DNA of 64,000 bases, from the IMG/VR virus record IMGVR_UViG_3300032241_001451, one strand, 5' to 3'. The notes below the pieces were generated by a model. It saw nothing but the letters and a program-made list of their open reading frames with translations. It was not told the DNA's origin and ran no database searches. Numbering within the stretch: the stretch's first letter is position 1; each line of letters opens with the position of its first letter. The position numbers and the translations under genes were made by a program. Shown one piece after another: positions 8,372 through 19,211 of the stretch. The stretch comes from an uncultured virus (IMG/VR IMGVR_UViG_3300032241_001451) (taxonomy: Duplodnaviria; Heunggongvirae; Uroviricota; Caudoviricetes).

Positions 8372-10832
8372 TAAAATAGTTGACCAAGTACTCTCCTTGA
8401 CGGCTGCCGTAAAAGACCTTAAAAAAGAAATTGACTCTATTGGCCCATCGTTACAAAAGATGGGCGGAGTCGCCAGCAAAGCATTGGGGGATGCTCAAAA
8501 AGTTGCTAATCCTGCTGGTGGTACAAATAATATTGGTCGTGGTCCTGGCCAAGGTATGGGCATTGATAACGCTACATTTGGAATGCCATCCCCTCGTTCT
8601 TTGACTGGAATGCGTCTTGGACTTGCAACATTTAGTGGTGCTGCTGGTGTTGCTGGTGGAGTAATGGCAATGGCCCCAAGTCTTGGGGATGTTGTATCTA
8701 ATGCTGCTGGATATTACGGCGCTTCTATTTATGGAAACATAAACCGTAGCGCATTAGAAAGTATGACTCGTCAAAGCATGGGCATGGGTATGACAAGTGC
8801 CATGGGAGGCTCTCAAGCCGCTGCAGTATTAGTTAATGGAATGTATTACACCCCTGGAACTGCTGCGTTTAAACAGTCTCTTGCTGAAGTTGGTGGCGCT
8901 GCACTGACAATGAACATGTCAAATGCTGTTGCTGCTTCTGCTATTGGTGGATTATATTCAGGTCAAATGGGCGCTTCTATGGCTGGAATGGGTATTCAAA
9001 ATCTTGATGCTAATGGTAATCCACTAAGCCAAGTACAAATTGCTCGTCAATTATACAACCGTTTTATGCCAAACAATAACGGCGTGTCTATACTTAACAA
9101 CCAAAAAATAACACAATCAAGTATTAATCAAAATTTTCAACAAGTACTAGCATCACAATTTCAACAAATGGGTTATTCACCAGACCAAATTGCTATGTTC
9201 CAATACCAGTTTGGACAATTTGCCCAAGGTAAAAACGGAGATTTATCTAAAGCAACAGCAAATCCAAATAATCCAGTAAATGCTCAAATGCAAATTAATG
9301 CATCTAATGCAAAATTAATGCAAACGTATGAACAACCAATGCTTGATGGATTTCAAACGGCTGCAGATTTAATTACTAATACGGTTAATCCCGCTCTTGC
9401 ATCATTTGCCTCAACTCTTGGAACAGCCAAAGGATTCTTGCAAGGTACTGGAAATGTTGGTGCTGGTGCAGGTATGGCTGCAGCAAGCGTCTTTAATGCT
9501 GGAACCAATATTGCGGAAACATTAGCCATATCTAAATTGCTAGGACAAGCAGGTGGCGGTTCTTTAGCAATGAAGGGTGCTTCTGGGTTATTAAAAAGTT
9601 CTGCTATTGCTGGGGGCTCAATTCTTGCTGGAAATTTAATAAAAGGTAATTCAAGCAAAGGAAGCATGCGTTCTCGTGCAGGAAACGCTGCAAAATTTGC
9701 AGGTATTACTGCAGCCATTCCTTTCTTAGGAGAAACAATTCTTCCAGAGATTATTGCAGGAGGAATTGGGTATGCAACAGGTGGGGGAACACAAGGATTT
9801 GGCGCCTCATTTGGCGCTAAAGGCGGAGGAAGTGGACCACAATCTCCTATTCCAGGAGTTTCAGCAACAACAGAATATGGTGCTACTGACCCATCTATGT
9901 GGAATGGCGCAAAAAATTCTCACACAGGTCAAGATTATCCAGTACCAGTAGGAACACCTGTTCAAGCAGCGGCTGATGGAATTGTCTTTGATGATGCTCC
10001 AGGATTTGAATTTGGTACATATATTCAAATTGACCATATGAATGGATACCAAACTCTTTATGGTCATTTGAGCAGTAAATCTGTAAAAGTAGGAGACCAC
10101 GTTAGGGCTGGACAAGTTATTGGTAAATCAGGTCAATCAGGAAACGTTACTGGCCCACATTTACATTTTGAAGTGCGTAAAGGCGCTAATAACCCTGTAG
10201 ACCCATCTACTTTCTTAAACAATTCTCAATTATCTTCACAAGTTATTTCTGGACAAACAACTCAAGCAGCAGGAACCATTCTTGGTACTGGAAGCCAACA
10301 GGCTTGGGCAAAAGATTTTCTTAAAGGATTAGGTGTTCCATTAACTGGCACAAATGTAAAAGCCATGACTACGTGGATGGGATGGGAAGGTGGGCAATGG
10401 AAAAACTCTGCTCACTATAACCCTTTAAACACTACGTTGGGAGCAAGTGGTGCTTCTGATATTAACTCTGTTGGAGTTAAGTCATATACTTCATACCAAC
10501 AAGGTTTGCAATCAAATATCTCAACGTTAAAAGAAAATCAAAAGGGATACGCTGCAATTAGAGCAGCATTAATGCAAGGCAATAATTTAAGCGGTGTTTT
10601 AAGCGCTGTAAATCAATCTGCATGGGGAACTCATATTCCAGGATATGGTGGGGGAACGCAAGGTTTTGGCGCTTCTGTAGGGGGACCATCTGGTGGAGGA
10701 AGTGTTGTAAACAATGTAAGTATTAATGTAAGTTTAACAGGTGTTTCAGAATCAGATGCAAAAATGTTTGCTAATAGAGTAAAAGACCTATTGAAAACAG
10801 ACGCCCACATAACTGCAGTAGGGAGTAGATAA
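8364..10832 (+). CDS. Tape measure protein with M23 peptidase and a following lysozyme-like domain
   Basis: Ala/Gly-rich helical N-terminus; HTGQD, YGHLS, TGPHLHFEV M23 motifs; W..EGG...NPLNT domain. Confidence 0.88.
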   Translation: MANKIVDQVLSLTAAVKDLKKEIDSIGPSLQKMGGVASKALGDAQKVANPAGGTNNIGRGPGQGMGIDNATFGMPSPRSLTGMRLGLATFSGAAGVAGGVMAMAPSLGDVVSNAAGYYGASIYGNINRSALESMTRQSMGMGMTSAMGGSQAAAVLVNGMYYTPGTAAFKQSLAEVGGAALTMNMSNAVAASAIGGLYSGQMGASMAGMGIQNLDANGNPLSQVQIARQLYNRFMPNNNGVSILNNQKITQSSINQNFQQVLASQFQQMGYSPDQIAMFQYQFGQFAQGKNGDLSKATANPNNPVNAQMQINASNAKLMQTYEQPMLDGFQTAADLITNTVNPALASFASTLGTAKGFLQGTGNVGAGAGMAAASVFNAGTNIAETLAISKLLGQAGGGSLAMKGASGLLKSSAIAGGSILAGNLIKGNSSKGSMRSRAGNAAKFAGITAAIPFLGETILPEIIAGGIGYATGGGTQGFGASFGAKGGGSGPQSPIPGVSATTEYGATDPSMWNGAKNSHTGQDYPVPVGTPVQAAADGIVFDDAPGFEFGTYIQIDHMNGYQTLYGHLSSKSVKVGDHVRAGQVIGKSGQSGNVTGPHLHFEVRKGANNPVDPSTFLNNSQLSSQVISGQTTQAAGTILGTGSQQAWAKDFLKGLGVPLTGTNVKAMTTWMGWEGGQWKNSAHYNPLNTTLGASGASDINSVGVKSYTSYQQGLQSNISTLKENQKGYAAIRAALMQGNNLSGVLSAVNQSAWGTHIPGYGGGTQGFGASVGGPSGGGSVVNNVSINVSLTGVSESDAKMFANRVKDLLKTDAHITAVGSR

Positions 10833-12112
10833 TGCCATCGATACGAGTTCCAGGATGGGGAAGTAGACCTAATACCAATCTTTTGCCTCCTCCTACGGCT
10901 GCACAATTAAGTCAATTTAATAGTGCACGTCAAATTGCTGCTTTGCAAGCAACTACAGTTACCTCATCAAATCTTGTAATACAAGATAGAGCGGCAATTG
11001 ACAATCAAAAAGTAGTTCTTCAACAAGCACAATTGTTACAACAAATTGCTTACACTGCATGGAGCGCAAACCAAACTAACCCTACATTAATTGCAAATTT
11101 AACAGCAGAAAATAATGCTTATAACACTGAAAAAACAAAACTTACAACTTTAACTCAAAAATTATCTACAGATGTTGCTGCACAAGCCTCAGCAATTGCT
11201 GCTTACAAAAAAGCAGTGTTTGTCAATAGTGGTGGCAAAGTAAGCAATTCTTCTGGAGGAGGAACATCCACTACTGCTCCAGGGTCAAGCAATCCTCCAG
11301 CAACTGTTCCATATATTTATAATATTCCTATGGTTAAAGAAGCGTATTTAACTTCTGGAAACGGCAATACTTATTACAATGGTGCAACAGAAGTAATTCA
11401 ATCTCCTCAAAGCAATAGTTTAAAAAATAATAATACTTTACAAAACAACCTTTCTAAAGGTCGTATGCTTATGAGTAGTTTATTCCCAAACCTAAACTCA
11501 TCAGTAAAATTAACACCTGGAAAAGTACCTGATAACACTTATTATGGTTTTAAATTTTTGTATAACCCTACTACAGTTAGTATGGGTTGGGGTGTTGCAA
11601 CAGATATCAATCCATTCTTTTTAGCAAGTGGAAAAAATCAATCTGTTATGGGTACTTTACAATCTTCTGTAACCTTCAGTTTATTGTTAAACAGAACTTT
11701 AGATATGAATTATCTAGATGCAAATGGTTTAAAATCAGATGTTACAAATCCATACCCAACAAATACTCCTCCCCCTGCTGATGATTTAAAGTTGTTATAC
11801 GAACGTGGAACAATGTATGATTTAGAATATTTGTTTAAATTAACTGGTGGAAAATTAGCAACACACAAATCTCCATTAACTGGGTTAAGTACAGCGGATA
11901 GTGGTTGGCTTAATCCTCTTCCTGTTGAATTATATTTAGGAAAAGGGTTGCATTATTTAGTAAGAATTGTAGATTTAAGTTTAAACCACACAATGTTTGA
12001 TGAGCGTATGGTACCTATCATGACGGAAGTTGACATTACTTGTATGCGTTATTATGATTCAGTTGCGGCGACAAGTGTTAATCAACAAGGTCAATTAAGT
12101 TTTCAACCGTGA
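10832..12112 (+). CDS. Baseplate/tube-initiator-like protein
   Basis: FKFLYNPTTVS and FDERMVP....VDI motifs; follows tape measure. Confidence 0.6.
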   Translation: MPSIRVPGWGSRPNTNLLPPPTAAQLSQFNSARQIAALQATTVTSSNLVIQDRAAIDNQKVVLQQAQLLQQIAYTAWSANQTNPTLIANLTAENNAYNTEKTKLTTLTQKLSTDVAAQASAIAAYKKAVFVNSGGKVSNSSGGGTSTTAPGSSNPPATVPYIYNIPMVKEAYLTSGNGNTYYNGATEVIQSPQSNSLKNNNTLQNNLSKGRMLMSSLFPNLNSSVKLTPGKVPDNTYYGFKFLYNPTTVSMGWGVATDINPFFLASGKNQSVMGTLQSSVTFSLLLNRTLDMNYLDANGLKSDVTNPYPTNTPPPADDLKLLYERGTMYDLEYLFKLTGGKLATHKSPLTGLSTADSGWLNPLPVELYLGKGLHYLVRIVDLSLNHTMFDERMVPIMTEVDITCMRYYDSVAATSVNQQGQLSFQP

Positions 12113-12125
12113 GAAGGGATAACTA

Positions 12126-12401
12126 ATGATTTATTTAGATAGTAGATATGCAACTGGTACTCTTTTTAAAGCATGGGATGCTAGAAAATCTCAATATAAC
12201 TTAACTGTATACAGAAATTTTCCAACTTATAAAGAAAACTTTTTTTATTATTCTTGGGCAGTTGGCGACCGTTTTGATTTACTAGCGCATAAGTTTTTAG
12301 GTAGTTCTGAACTTTGGTGGACTATTACAGATATTAACGCTGAAATTTTAAACCCAAATACTATTGCTCCTGGAACTCAAATAAGGATTCCAAGTGCTTG
12401 A
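12126..12401 (+). CDS. LysM-like baseplate protein (P2 gpX type)
   Basis: SRY, GDRFDLLA.KFLG...WW.I.D.N, PGTQIRIP. Confidence 0.85.
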   Translation: MIYLDSRYATGTLFKAWDARKSQYNLTVYRNFPTYKENFFYYSWAVGDRFDLLAHKFLGSSELWWTITDINAEILNPNTIAPGTQIRIPSA

Positions 12402-13650
12402 CCCAGAGAGACAACATAGGTACGAAAGTTCTTACACAGTTACTTTTCCTAATCTTCCATCGTTTAAGGATGAACCTAGTTCCATAACTTTGCATCAACA
12501 CATGGGTAAACACGATGTACTAACAATGTACTACGGGCAATACACTCCTACTATTGTTGATTCCATTAAAACTGGTGCTCCAGTTAAAATTGTATTTACA
12601 AACAATAAAGTTAAAGAAACATTTGTTGGATATGCAACAGGAATTTCATACCCTGTTAAACAAGCAATTAATAAAGGCGTTACCATTACATGCGTTGGGT
12701 CTTCGTATGTACTAAAAGACCGTCCAGCAAAAATTTGGACAGATAAAACAGCCCCACAAATAATTACTGATATAGCAACTTTACATAAATTAAAACCAGT
12801 TGTAACACCTCATCCGTATAAATTTTCTCAACAATCTTTGGCTGGGCACTCTTATTGGGAAAAAACTCAAGAACTTGCAACTAGAATTGGATATGCTTGT
12901 CAAGTAAAGGGTACAGAGTTACATTTTCATCCTGTAGATAAAATGATTGATACATTTATGACCTCTGTTCCTATTTTGTCTTTTCAAGATACATACATGG
13001 GTTACAACGCAAATGCTTATGACCATACACTAGATTATTTTGAGCCAATACTTGATGATTTTTTTGAAAACGCTACAAACATTCGAACAACTAAACATAT
13101 TTCTGGAGTTGACCCAGTTTCAGGAAAAGTTTATAAAACAAAATCATCTCCTAAAACTGTAGGAAAAAATATTCGTGCAACTACAAAAGACCCATTGTTT
13201 TCTTCTATAGAGACTCACTCGGTTTCAGATAGTCAATCCTTTTCTCAAACCACGTCTGATGCAAAAGCCCATTTATCAAGATTGTCTATACCCGCTAAAG
13301 GTATGGCTCAGGGAGACCCTAGAATTGCTCCTTGGAGAACAATTGAAATTAAGGGAACCTCTGACACTACGGATGGGTATTGGGTTGTAGAATCAGCGAT
13401 TCACACATTTAGCGTTGATGGACAATATCAAACGTCATTCACTTGTTTGACTGATGGTGTTAGCCTTAATATTGGAAGTTCAACTAGGCCTTCTACTTCA
13501 AGTGGAAACCCTACTATAAACATTCAAAATCTTATCTCCACAGCCAACACAGTAACCCCCACCTCCTCTACAATATCTTCTATTACACCAACAATTAATC
13601 AGTCCACAACAGGGTATACGATAACACCAAGCAGATGGGTAGGTCAGTAA
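12394..13650 (+). CDS. Baseplate hub protein (gpD / T4 gp27-like)
   Basis: QQ...SYW...ELA.RIGY, GDPRI.P...I.I.G, GYWVV...H motifs. Confidence 0.8.
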   Translation: MLDPERQHRYESSYTVTFPNLPSFKDEPSSITLHQHMGKHDVLTMYYGQYTPTIVDSIKTGAPVKIVFTNNKVKETFVGYATGISYPVKQAINKGVTITCVGSSYVLKDRPAKIWTDKTAPQIITDIATLHKLKPVVTPHPYKFSQQSLAGHSYWEKTQELATRIGYACQVKGTELHFHPVDKMIDTFMTSVPILSFQDTYMGYNANAYDHTLDYFEPILDDFFENATNIRTTKHISGVDPVSGKVYKTKSSPKTVGKNIRATTKDPLFSSIETHSVSDSQSFSQTTSDAKAHLSRLSIPAKGMAQGDPRIAPWRTIEIKGTSDTTDGYWVVESAIHTFSVDGQYQTSFTCLTDGVSLNIGSSTRPSTSSGNPTINIQNLISTANTVTPTSSTISSITPTINQSTTGYTITPSRWVGQ

Positions 13651-14057
13651 TGGCAAATACTGAGATGGCAATTATGTTGCCATTTAACCTTGATAGTTTT
13701 GGAAAAGTTGCTGTTGCTACTACTCAAGAACAAATTTGGGCAGATAGGGTTCTCTCTGTTGTTGGAACAGCAATTAGAGAAAGAATAATGCGCCCAAAAT
13801 TTGGGACGTTAATTCCTTTTTTTCTTTTTGATACAGATGATTCTGCAAGTTCTGAGATTGAAGATGAAATTCGTAAAGTTTTTGCAAATCAATTGTCGTT
13901 ATTAACTTTACAAACTGTTAACATAACTGTAGATTCTTTTACTAATGTTTTGGAACTGGCTCTTACGTACTCAATTCCAAATAACAAAGTATTAAATACA
14001 AATATAGGATACGTTTTAGTCGACGGTAATAACCCAATTTATCAGGAGTTCGCATGA
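13650..14057 (+). CDS. Baseplate wedge protein, gp25/GPW-like
   Basis: LPF, T...ERIMRP.FG motif. Confidence 0.88.
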   Translation: MANTEMAIMLPFNLDSFGKVAVATTQEQIWADRVLSVVGTAIRERIMRPKFGTLIPFFLFDTDDSASSEIEDEIRKVFANQLSLLTLQTVNITVDSFTNVLELALTYSIPNNKVLNTNIGYVLVDGNNPIYQEFA

Positions 14058-15616
14058 GCATAACACCAGCATCTAATATTCCAATTTCCGTAGATTATAC
14101 GGGTCGTGATTTTTACTCGCTTCGTGATGCCCTTATTGCTCGAATTCAAGACCGCATCCCTAACTGGACAGCATCTGACCCAGCAGACTTTGGCGTTGCG
14201 TTGGTTGAAGCGTTTGCTTATATGGGAGATTTAATTGCGTATTATGTAGACAGAACTGCAAATGAATTGTCAATTACTACTGCTACTCAAAGTAACAGTG
14301 TTCTCAATATTGCTCAAAACTACGGGTATATTCCAGCAGGTTACCGCAATGCTTTTACAACCCTTACTTTTACAAATAATGATTCCGTAGATATTACTAT
14401 TCCTACAGGAACTGTTGTTACAGGAAACGTAACAATTGCTGATGCTGTTTACACTGTTTACTTTACAACTAGTGCACCAGTAACAGTTGGAGGAACTGCA
14501 ACTACTCTTACAGGACCTTACACTGTGTTGGCTTATGAAGGTCGTTCTATTAGTTTAATTTCTTCAGACTTAGACCCAAGTTACCCCCAATATGGGGAGC
14601 AAATTGGAGTTTCGTTACAAACACCTTATCAATCTTTTGTTTTAAGTCAAAACTCAGTTATTGACAACTCAATCGTTATTTACATACAAGATGGAACAAC
14701 TTATACTCAATGGACTCAAGTGCAACACTTGTTAGATTTTGGTCCAAGTGATTTGGTATATACAGCCTCAAGTGATGAAAACAACATTGTAACAATTAAT
14801 TTTGGTGACGGAGTTAACGGAGCAATGCCTGTTATTCATTCAGTTATTAGGGCGCAATACAGCGTAGGTCAAGGCGCATTAGGAAATATTGCTGCAGGGG
14901 TTATTGATACCTTTTCATATGTTCCAGGAATATCTAATTTAAGTAACTACGGAAGCACATATACAGTATCAAATACAACTGTGGGATTAGGTGGCTCTGA
15001 CCCAGAAAGTACAGATAACATTCGTGTAGAAGCACCTGCTGTTCTTAGAAGTGGCAATCGTGCTGTTACCCTTAAAGATTATGCGGATTTAGCAAAGACG
15101 GTAAACAATGTTGGTAAAGCAAATGCAATTGCATCTAATTGGACTTCAGTAACACTTTATTTAGCGCCAATTCGAAACACCAATGACTCTGATATTCAAC
15201 CTGGCTTAGACAGCATTGGTAACCCTACTACAGAATTTACAACAATGAGTTCTGCTGTTAGTACATTTTTGTCTGACAAAATTCTTTTAGGAACAACTGT
15301 CACTATTCAACCACCAACTTATACAGACATTGCTGTAGCAGTTACTTATGTTCGTTTGCCTCAATATACTCAAACACAGACTGACTTAAACGTAACAACC
15401 GCTTTGGTGACGGCATTTGGTTACAATGGCATGAATTTTCAAGACACTATTTATCCTCAAGATATTGAATTTGTGTTGAATCAAACACAAGGTGTTAAGA
15501 CAGCCAAAGTTACTGCTTTGTTTATTCTTGGAGGAAGTGGATTAAATACACTAACAGGAACTGCTGGACAAATCTTCCGCATACAACAAGCCAACATTAG
15601 CCTTACTTCTTCATAA
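14054..15616 (+). CDS. Baseplate wedge protein, J / gp6-like
   Basis: DYT.RDF, WT..DPADFG, FGDG..G, GGSDPES, RAVT..DY motifs. Confidence 0.92.
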   Translation: MSITPASNIPISVDYTGRDFYSLRDALIARIQDRIPNWTASDPADFGVALVEAFAYMGDLIAYYVDRTANELSITTATQSNSVLNIAQNYGYIPAGYRNAFTTLTFTNNDSVDITIPTGTVVTGNVTIADAVYTVYFTTSAPVTVGGTATTLTGPYTVLAYEGRSISLISSDLDPSYPQYGEQIGVSLQTPYQSFVLSQNSVIDNSIVIYIQDGTTYTQWTQVQHLLDFGPSDLVYTASSDENNIVTINFGDGVNGAMPVIHSVIRAQYSVGQGALGNIAAGVIDTFSYVPGISNLSNYGSTYTVSNTTVGLGGSDPESTDNIRVEAPAVLRSGNRAVTLKDYADLAKTVNNVGKANAIASNWTSVTLYLAPIRNTNDSDIQPGLDSIGNPTTEFTTMSSAVSTFLSDKILLGTTVTIQPPTYTDIAVAVTYVRLPQYTQTQTDLNVTTALVTAFGYNGMNFQDTIYPQDIEFVLNQTQGVKTAKVTALFILGGSGLNTLTGTAGQIFRIQQANISLTSS

Positions 15617-16074
15617 TGGATGATATTAAAAGATATTACGGGCTATACCGTGGCGTTGTTAGTAATGCTAAAGACCCTAATAATCAACGACGTTTAAAAT
15701 TAACTGTACCTCAAGTAACTGATTCTGAGGTTACTGGTTGGGCATGGCCATTTCAACTGTCTAGTTTAACTACTGAAATTCCAACACAGGGGCAGGGTGT
15801 ATGGGTTATGTTTATTGGTGGAGACCCAGAGTTTCCCGTATGGTTGGGAGAGTTTGGAAAGCACCAAGATAAAAGCAAAAAAATATACGTAAAAACTCTT
15901 TCAAACTCTACGTCTCTTACTGGCCTTACTCCGTATATCAAAACAGTTACTGAAAAAGATGGAACAACAACAGTAGATTTAGTCGCAACACTTCTTGCAA
16001 TGGCGGCTATATTAAAAGACCATGAAAGTCGTATTCATACCTTAGAGATAACTCCAGATATAGACCCAGTGTAG
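15616..16074 (+). CDS. Baseplate spike gp5/gpV N-terminal OB-fold protein
   Basis: YRGVV...DP....R, VWV.F.GGDP..PVW.G. Confidence 0.88.
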   Translation: MDDIKRYYGLYRGVVSNAKDPNNQRRLKLTVPQVTDSEVTGWAWPFQLSSLTTEIPTQGQGVWVMFIGGDPEFPVWLGEFGKHQDKSKKIYVKTLSNSTSLTGLTPYIKTVTEKDGTTTVDLVATLLAMAAILKDHESRIHTLEITPDIDPV

Positions 16075-16135
16075 TTCAGCCAGTAAATTACAAGTAAAAG
16101 CCTGAAAATAAGACATGTAAAGAAAGGAAGTAAAA

Positions 16136-16441
16136 ATGACAGCCCAATATCCAAGTGCTATTAGAGCATTTAGTACTAAGGTTGATTTTACTGACGTTAT
16201 CTATGCGGACCACGTTAACAGCCTTCAAGATGAGGTAAACTCTATTGAAACCAACGTTGGAACTAGCATTACTGTAGGTTCTGGTTGGATTGGAACATTT
16301 GATACTACTACTTCAACTTGGAACAGTTTAAAAGACCGTATTGCCAACATTGAATATGGACTATATGCTGTTTATACAGGTACAGCAGGTGGTACAAGTA
16401 CAGGTAGTGGATTTAGTCCATTTCTTTTATCTGGTTGTTAA
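16136..16441 (+). CDS. Small tail/baseplate-associated protein
   Basis: YP....F..K.D..D...A.HVN.LQ.E...IE pattern; AAGGA RBS. Confidence 0.55.
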   Translation: MTAQYPSAIRAFSTKVDFTDVIYADHVNSLQDEVNSIETNVGTSITVGSGWIGTFDTTTSTWNSLKDRIANIEYGLYAVYTGTAGGTSTGSGFSPFLLSGC

Positions 16442-16454
16442 GGGGCAGTAACTC

Positions 16455-18932
16455 GTGGCAAAATACGGCACAGTTGTATATGGTGGTTCTAAGTACGGTG
16501 TAACACCGCGACTTGCTTATTCTGTAGAACCCATGTCTATTGAGACAATTAACTTTACGGAAGTATATGTTTACTGGCAACCTCCTACAGGTACTTTTAG
16601 CAAAATTAGATTAGTAAGAAATCAAGTTGGGTTTCCAGAAACTGCTGAAGATGGAGTAATTGTTTGGGAGCAAACTCTTACACCTTCACAAATTGCTCAA
16701 AACATAACTAGTTTAACAAATGTTAATAAAACGTATTTATTTGATGGTGAAGAAAATAAAACCACTGTTCAACCAATTACACCAGGTGGACAAGTTTATT
16801 ATCGTATGTTTTTGTTTACTTCTGCAAAAGTTTGGGTAATTGCTGGCTCTATTTCAGACACTGTTCCAAGTGACCACAATAGTTCATTAAATTTTGTTAA
16901 TGCTTTGCCTCGTGTGTTTACTAGTGCAGAACAAAGTCCTTTAAGTGAAGTAGACACAACATCTCCTCTGTATTCATTTTTAAACGGAATGGGATTTACA
17001 TATGATGAATTGCTTACTTATCTTGACCTTCTATTGCCTTCTCACTCGGCTTTACAAACACCAACAGAGTTGATACCACTTCAAACAGTAGGTTTAGGAC
17101 TTACTCAAGAACCTGGTCTTCCTGTTAAAAATCAAAAGAAACTTATCCGTGAAGCCTTATATATGTATTTTAGAAAAGGTACGCGTACTGCAATACAAAC
17201 TTTTGTAGAGGCAATGACAAGTTATCCTGCAACATTAACTACTTCGCAAAATCTTTTGCTTAACGTACAAGACTCAACATTTTATAACTCAGTAGGAAAT
17301 TGGACGGCTACAAATACAACTACGTTTGCCGCTGCTACAGACCAAGTACCAAGTACTTCAGTAACAACAACTATTAATGGATTGACTTTTAACCCAGTTA
17401 TTGACACTCAATATGCGTGCAAAATTATTGCAACAGGTGCTGGCTCAATGACGCTTGGATTAGACAACCCTATACTTAAAGGAGTACCAGTAACTCCAGG
17501 AACCACTTATACTCTTTCTGCTCAAGTAAAGTCCCCACCAAGTTCTGGAAGTATTACCCCAGCAATTAGTTATTACGATTTAACTGGAACAATTATCGGC
17601 TCTGCACATGCTGGCTCAGCGCATGCTGCAACAAACTCTTGGAGCGTTGCTTCAGTTACTTACGCTGCGCCTGCCGCGGCACAGTCATCTGTGGCAACGC
17701 TAGGAACAATTACTGGTGGAACTGGCTATACCAACGGTACTTACACAGGTGTAACGTTAACTACACAATCAGGAACAAACCCATTTATATCCCCAGTTGC
17801 AACAGTTGTTGTTTCTGGTGGCGCTGTTACAAACGTTACAATTACTAATTCTGGTGCTGGTGTAGATACGACAACTGTACTTACAGCATCATCTTCTGTT
17901 CTTGGAAGCGGTGGTTTAGGGTTTTCTGTACCTGTTGCAACAGTTAACCCATACACTTCTGGAGGAACATACGCAGGAATTACTTTGTCTTGGTCAGCCG
18001 CTGGAACGTATTACGTAGATATGGTGTGTTTGCAATCGGGTTCTAGCGTTGCTTATGATGAAGCAAGAGCAATTGATGTTTTTTTAAATCCAAATAAAAC
18101 AAATCTTATTAAGAATCCTTCTTTTGAAACTAACTTTACTGATTGGACATCTACTGGTTTTCCAACGTTAAGTCAAAGCACTGACGTTACACCGTTGGCT
18201 TATTCAGGCATTTATAGTGGAAAAATTGTTGCATCAGGAGCGTGGTCACTTAAGTCAAATACTTCTCCTGTAACAACAGGGGTGTATTACACAGCCTCAG
18301 CCTTTGCAAAATCTTCAAGTCAATTGCTTATTACTATGAATACTCGTGATAGCGGTGGAACAATTGTCGATACGTATACGGCTGCGGTGCCAGGAGATGT
18401 CACAACCACTATTACTGGAGCCTCTGGAGCGACAACAATTACGGTAGGGGATGCAACTAATGTTGCAATTGGTCAATCTGTAAATGGCACAGGTATTGGT
18501 TCAGGCGCTGTAATCACAGGGTTGAATGGAACAGCAGCAACGTTATCAGTTCCTAACTCAGACAATGTTTCAGGAACAGGAACATTTACAAATCCATGGG
18601 AGCGTTACATTGTTACTTTCCCTGTCCCTGTTTCTTCAACTGCCACAACTATTGAAACTATCTTTTCAGGAACATCGGCTACAACTGCCTACATTGACTG
18701 CGTTCAACTAGAGCAATCTCCAGTAGCCACCGAATACTTTGACGGTTCTTTGCCGTCTGACTTTGGAGCAGTTTGGGCTGGAACGGCTCACGACTCTTAC
18801 AGTTACGTGTACTTTAGCAAGCCAAGTAAAGTACCAAGGTTGGCTAGAACTATCAACGACTGGGTTCCAAACAATGCTTTTTGGAGAGTCCGCACCTATG
18901 CGGGAGTGGAGTACACCAACCTAACCGTGTAG
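16455..18932 (+). CDS. Baseplate wedge (P2 I / gp7-like) protein with carbohydrate-binding-like domains
   Basis: RKGT...I motif; NLIKNPSFE and YFDG; Thr/Gly-rich beta domains. Confidence 0.7.
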   Translation: MAKYGTVVYGGSKYGVTPRLAYSVEPMSIETINFTEVYVYWQPPTGTFSKIRLVRNQVGFPETAEDGVIVWEQTLTPSQIAQNITSLTNVNKTYLFDGEENKTTVQPITPGGQVYYRMFLFTSAKVWVIAGSISDTVPSDHNSSLNFVNALPRVFTSAEQSPLSEVDTTSPLYSFLNGMGFTYDELLTYLDLLLPSHSALQTPTELIPLQTVGLGLTQEPGLPVKNQKKLIREALYMYFRKGTRTAIQTFVEAMTSYPATLTTSQNLLLNVQDSTFYNSVGNWTATNTTTFAAATDQVPSTSVTTTINGLTFNPVIDTQYACKIIATGAGSMTLGLDNPILKGVPVTPGTTYTLSAQVKSPPSSGSITPAISYYDLTGTIIGSAHAGSAHAATNSWSVASVTYAAPAAAQSSVATLGTITGGTGYTNGTYTGVTLTTQSGTNPFISPVATVVVSGGAVTNVTITNSGAGVDTTTVLTASSSVLGSGGLGFSVPVATVNPYTSGGTYAGITLSWSAAGTYYVDMVCLQSGSSVAYDEARAIDVFLNPNKTNLIKNPSFETNFTDWTSTGFPTLSQSTDVTPLAYSGIYSGKIVASGAWSLKSNTSPVTTGVYYTASAFAKSSSQLLITMNTRDSGGTIVDTYTAAVPGDVTTTITGASGATTITVGDATNVAIGQSVNGTGIGSGAVITGLNGTAATLSVPNSDNVSGTGTFTNPWERYIVTFPVPVSSTATTIETIFSGTSATTAYIDCVQLEQSPVATEYFDGSLPSDFGAVWAGTAHDSYSYVYFSKPSKVPRLARTINDWVPNNAFWRVRTYAGVEYTNLTV

Positions 18933-18941
18933 TATGCGGCC

Positions 18942-19205
18942 ATGGTTAACCTTCTCATCGCTACAGTCCTAACAGGACTTTCAGTCACATATCTCATCGA
19001 ACTTGCAGAACTAATTACCTTTAGTATCTTGGAAGTTTCAACGCTCAACAAATACGCGGCTTTGCCATTAAGTTTTGGCGCCCTATATTCTCAAGTGCAT
19101 ATTACACGCGGGTTAATAATTGCTGTTCCCTCCGCAACGTTTATTGCAATTGCCTTGAGTAAATACCTAAATAAACCAACAATAATCAACCGTCTTGGAA
19201 GATAG
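18942..19205 (+). CDS. Small membrane protein (holin candidate)
   Basis: Two or three hydrophobic segments, basic C-terminus, end of tail module. Confidence 0.4.
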   Translation: MVNLLIATVLTGLSVTYLIELAELITFSILEVSTLNKYAALPLSFGALYSQVHITRGLIIAVPSATFIAIALSKYLNKPTIINRLGR

Positions 19206-19211
19206 GGAACA

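Noticed and set aside
16455..18932. Diversity-generating retroelement target
   Set aside because: No reverse transcriptase and no template/variable repeat pair with adenine-specific mismatches in the window
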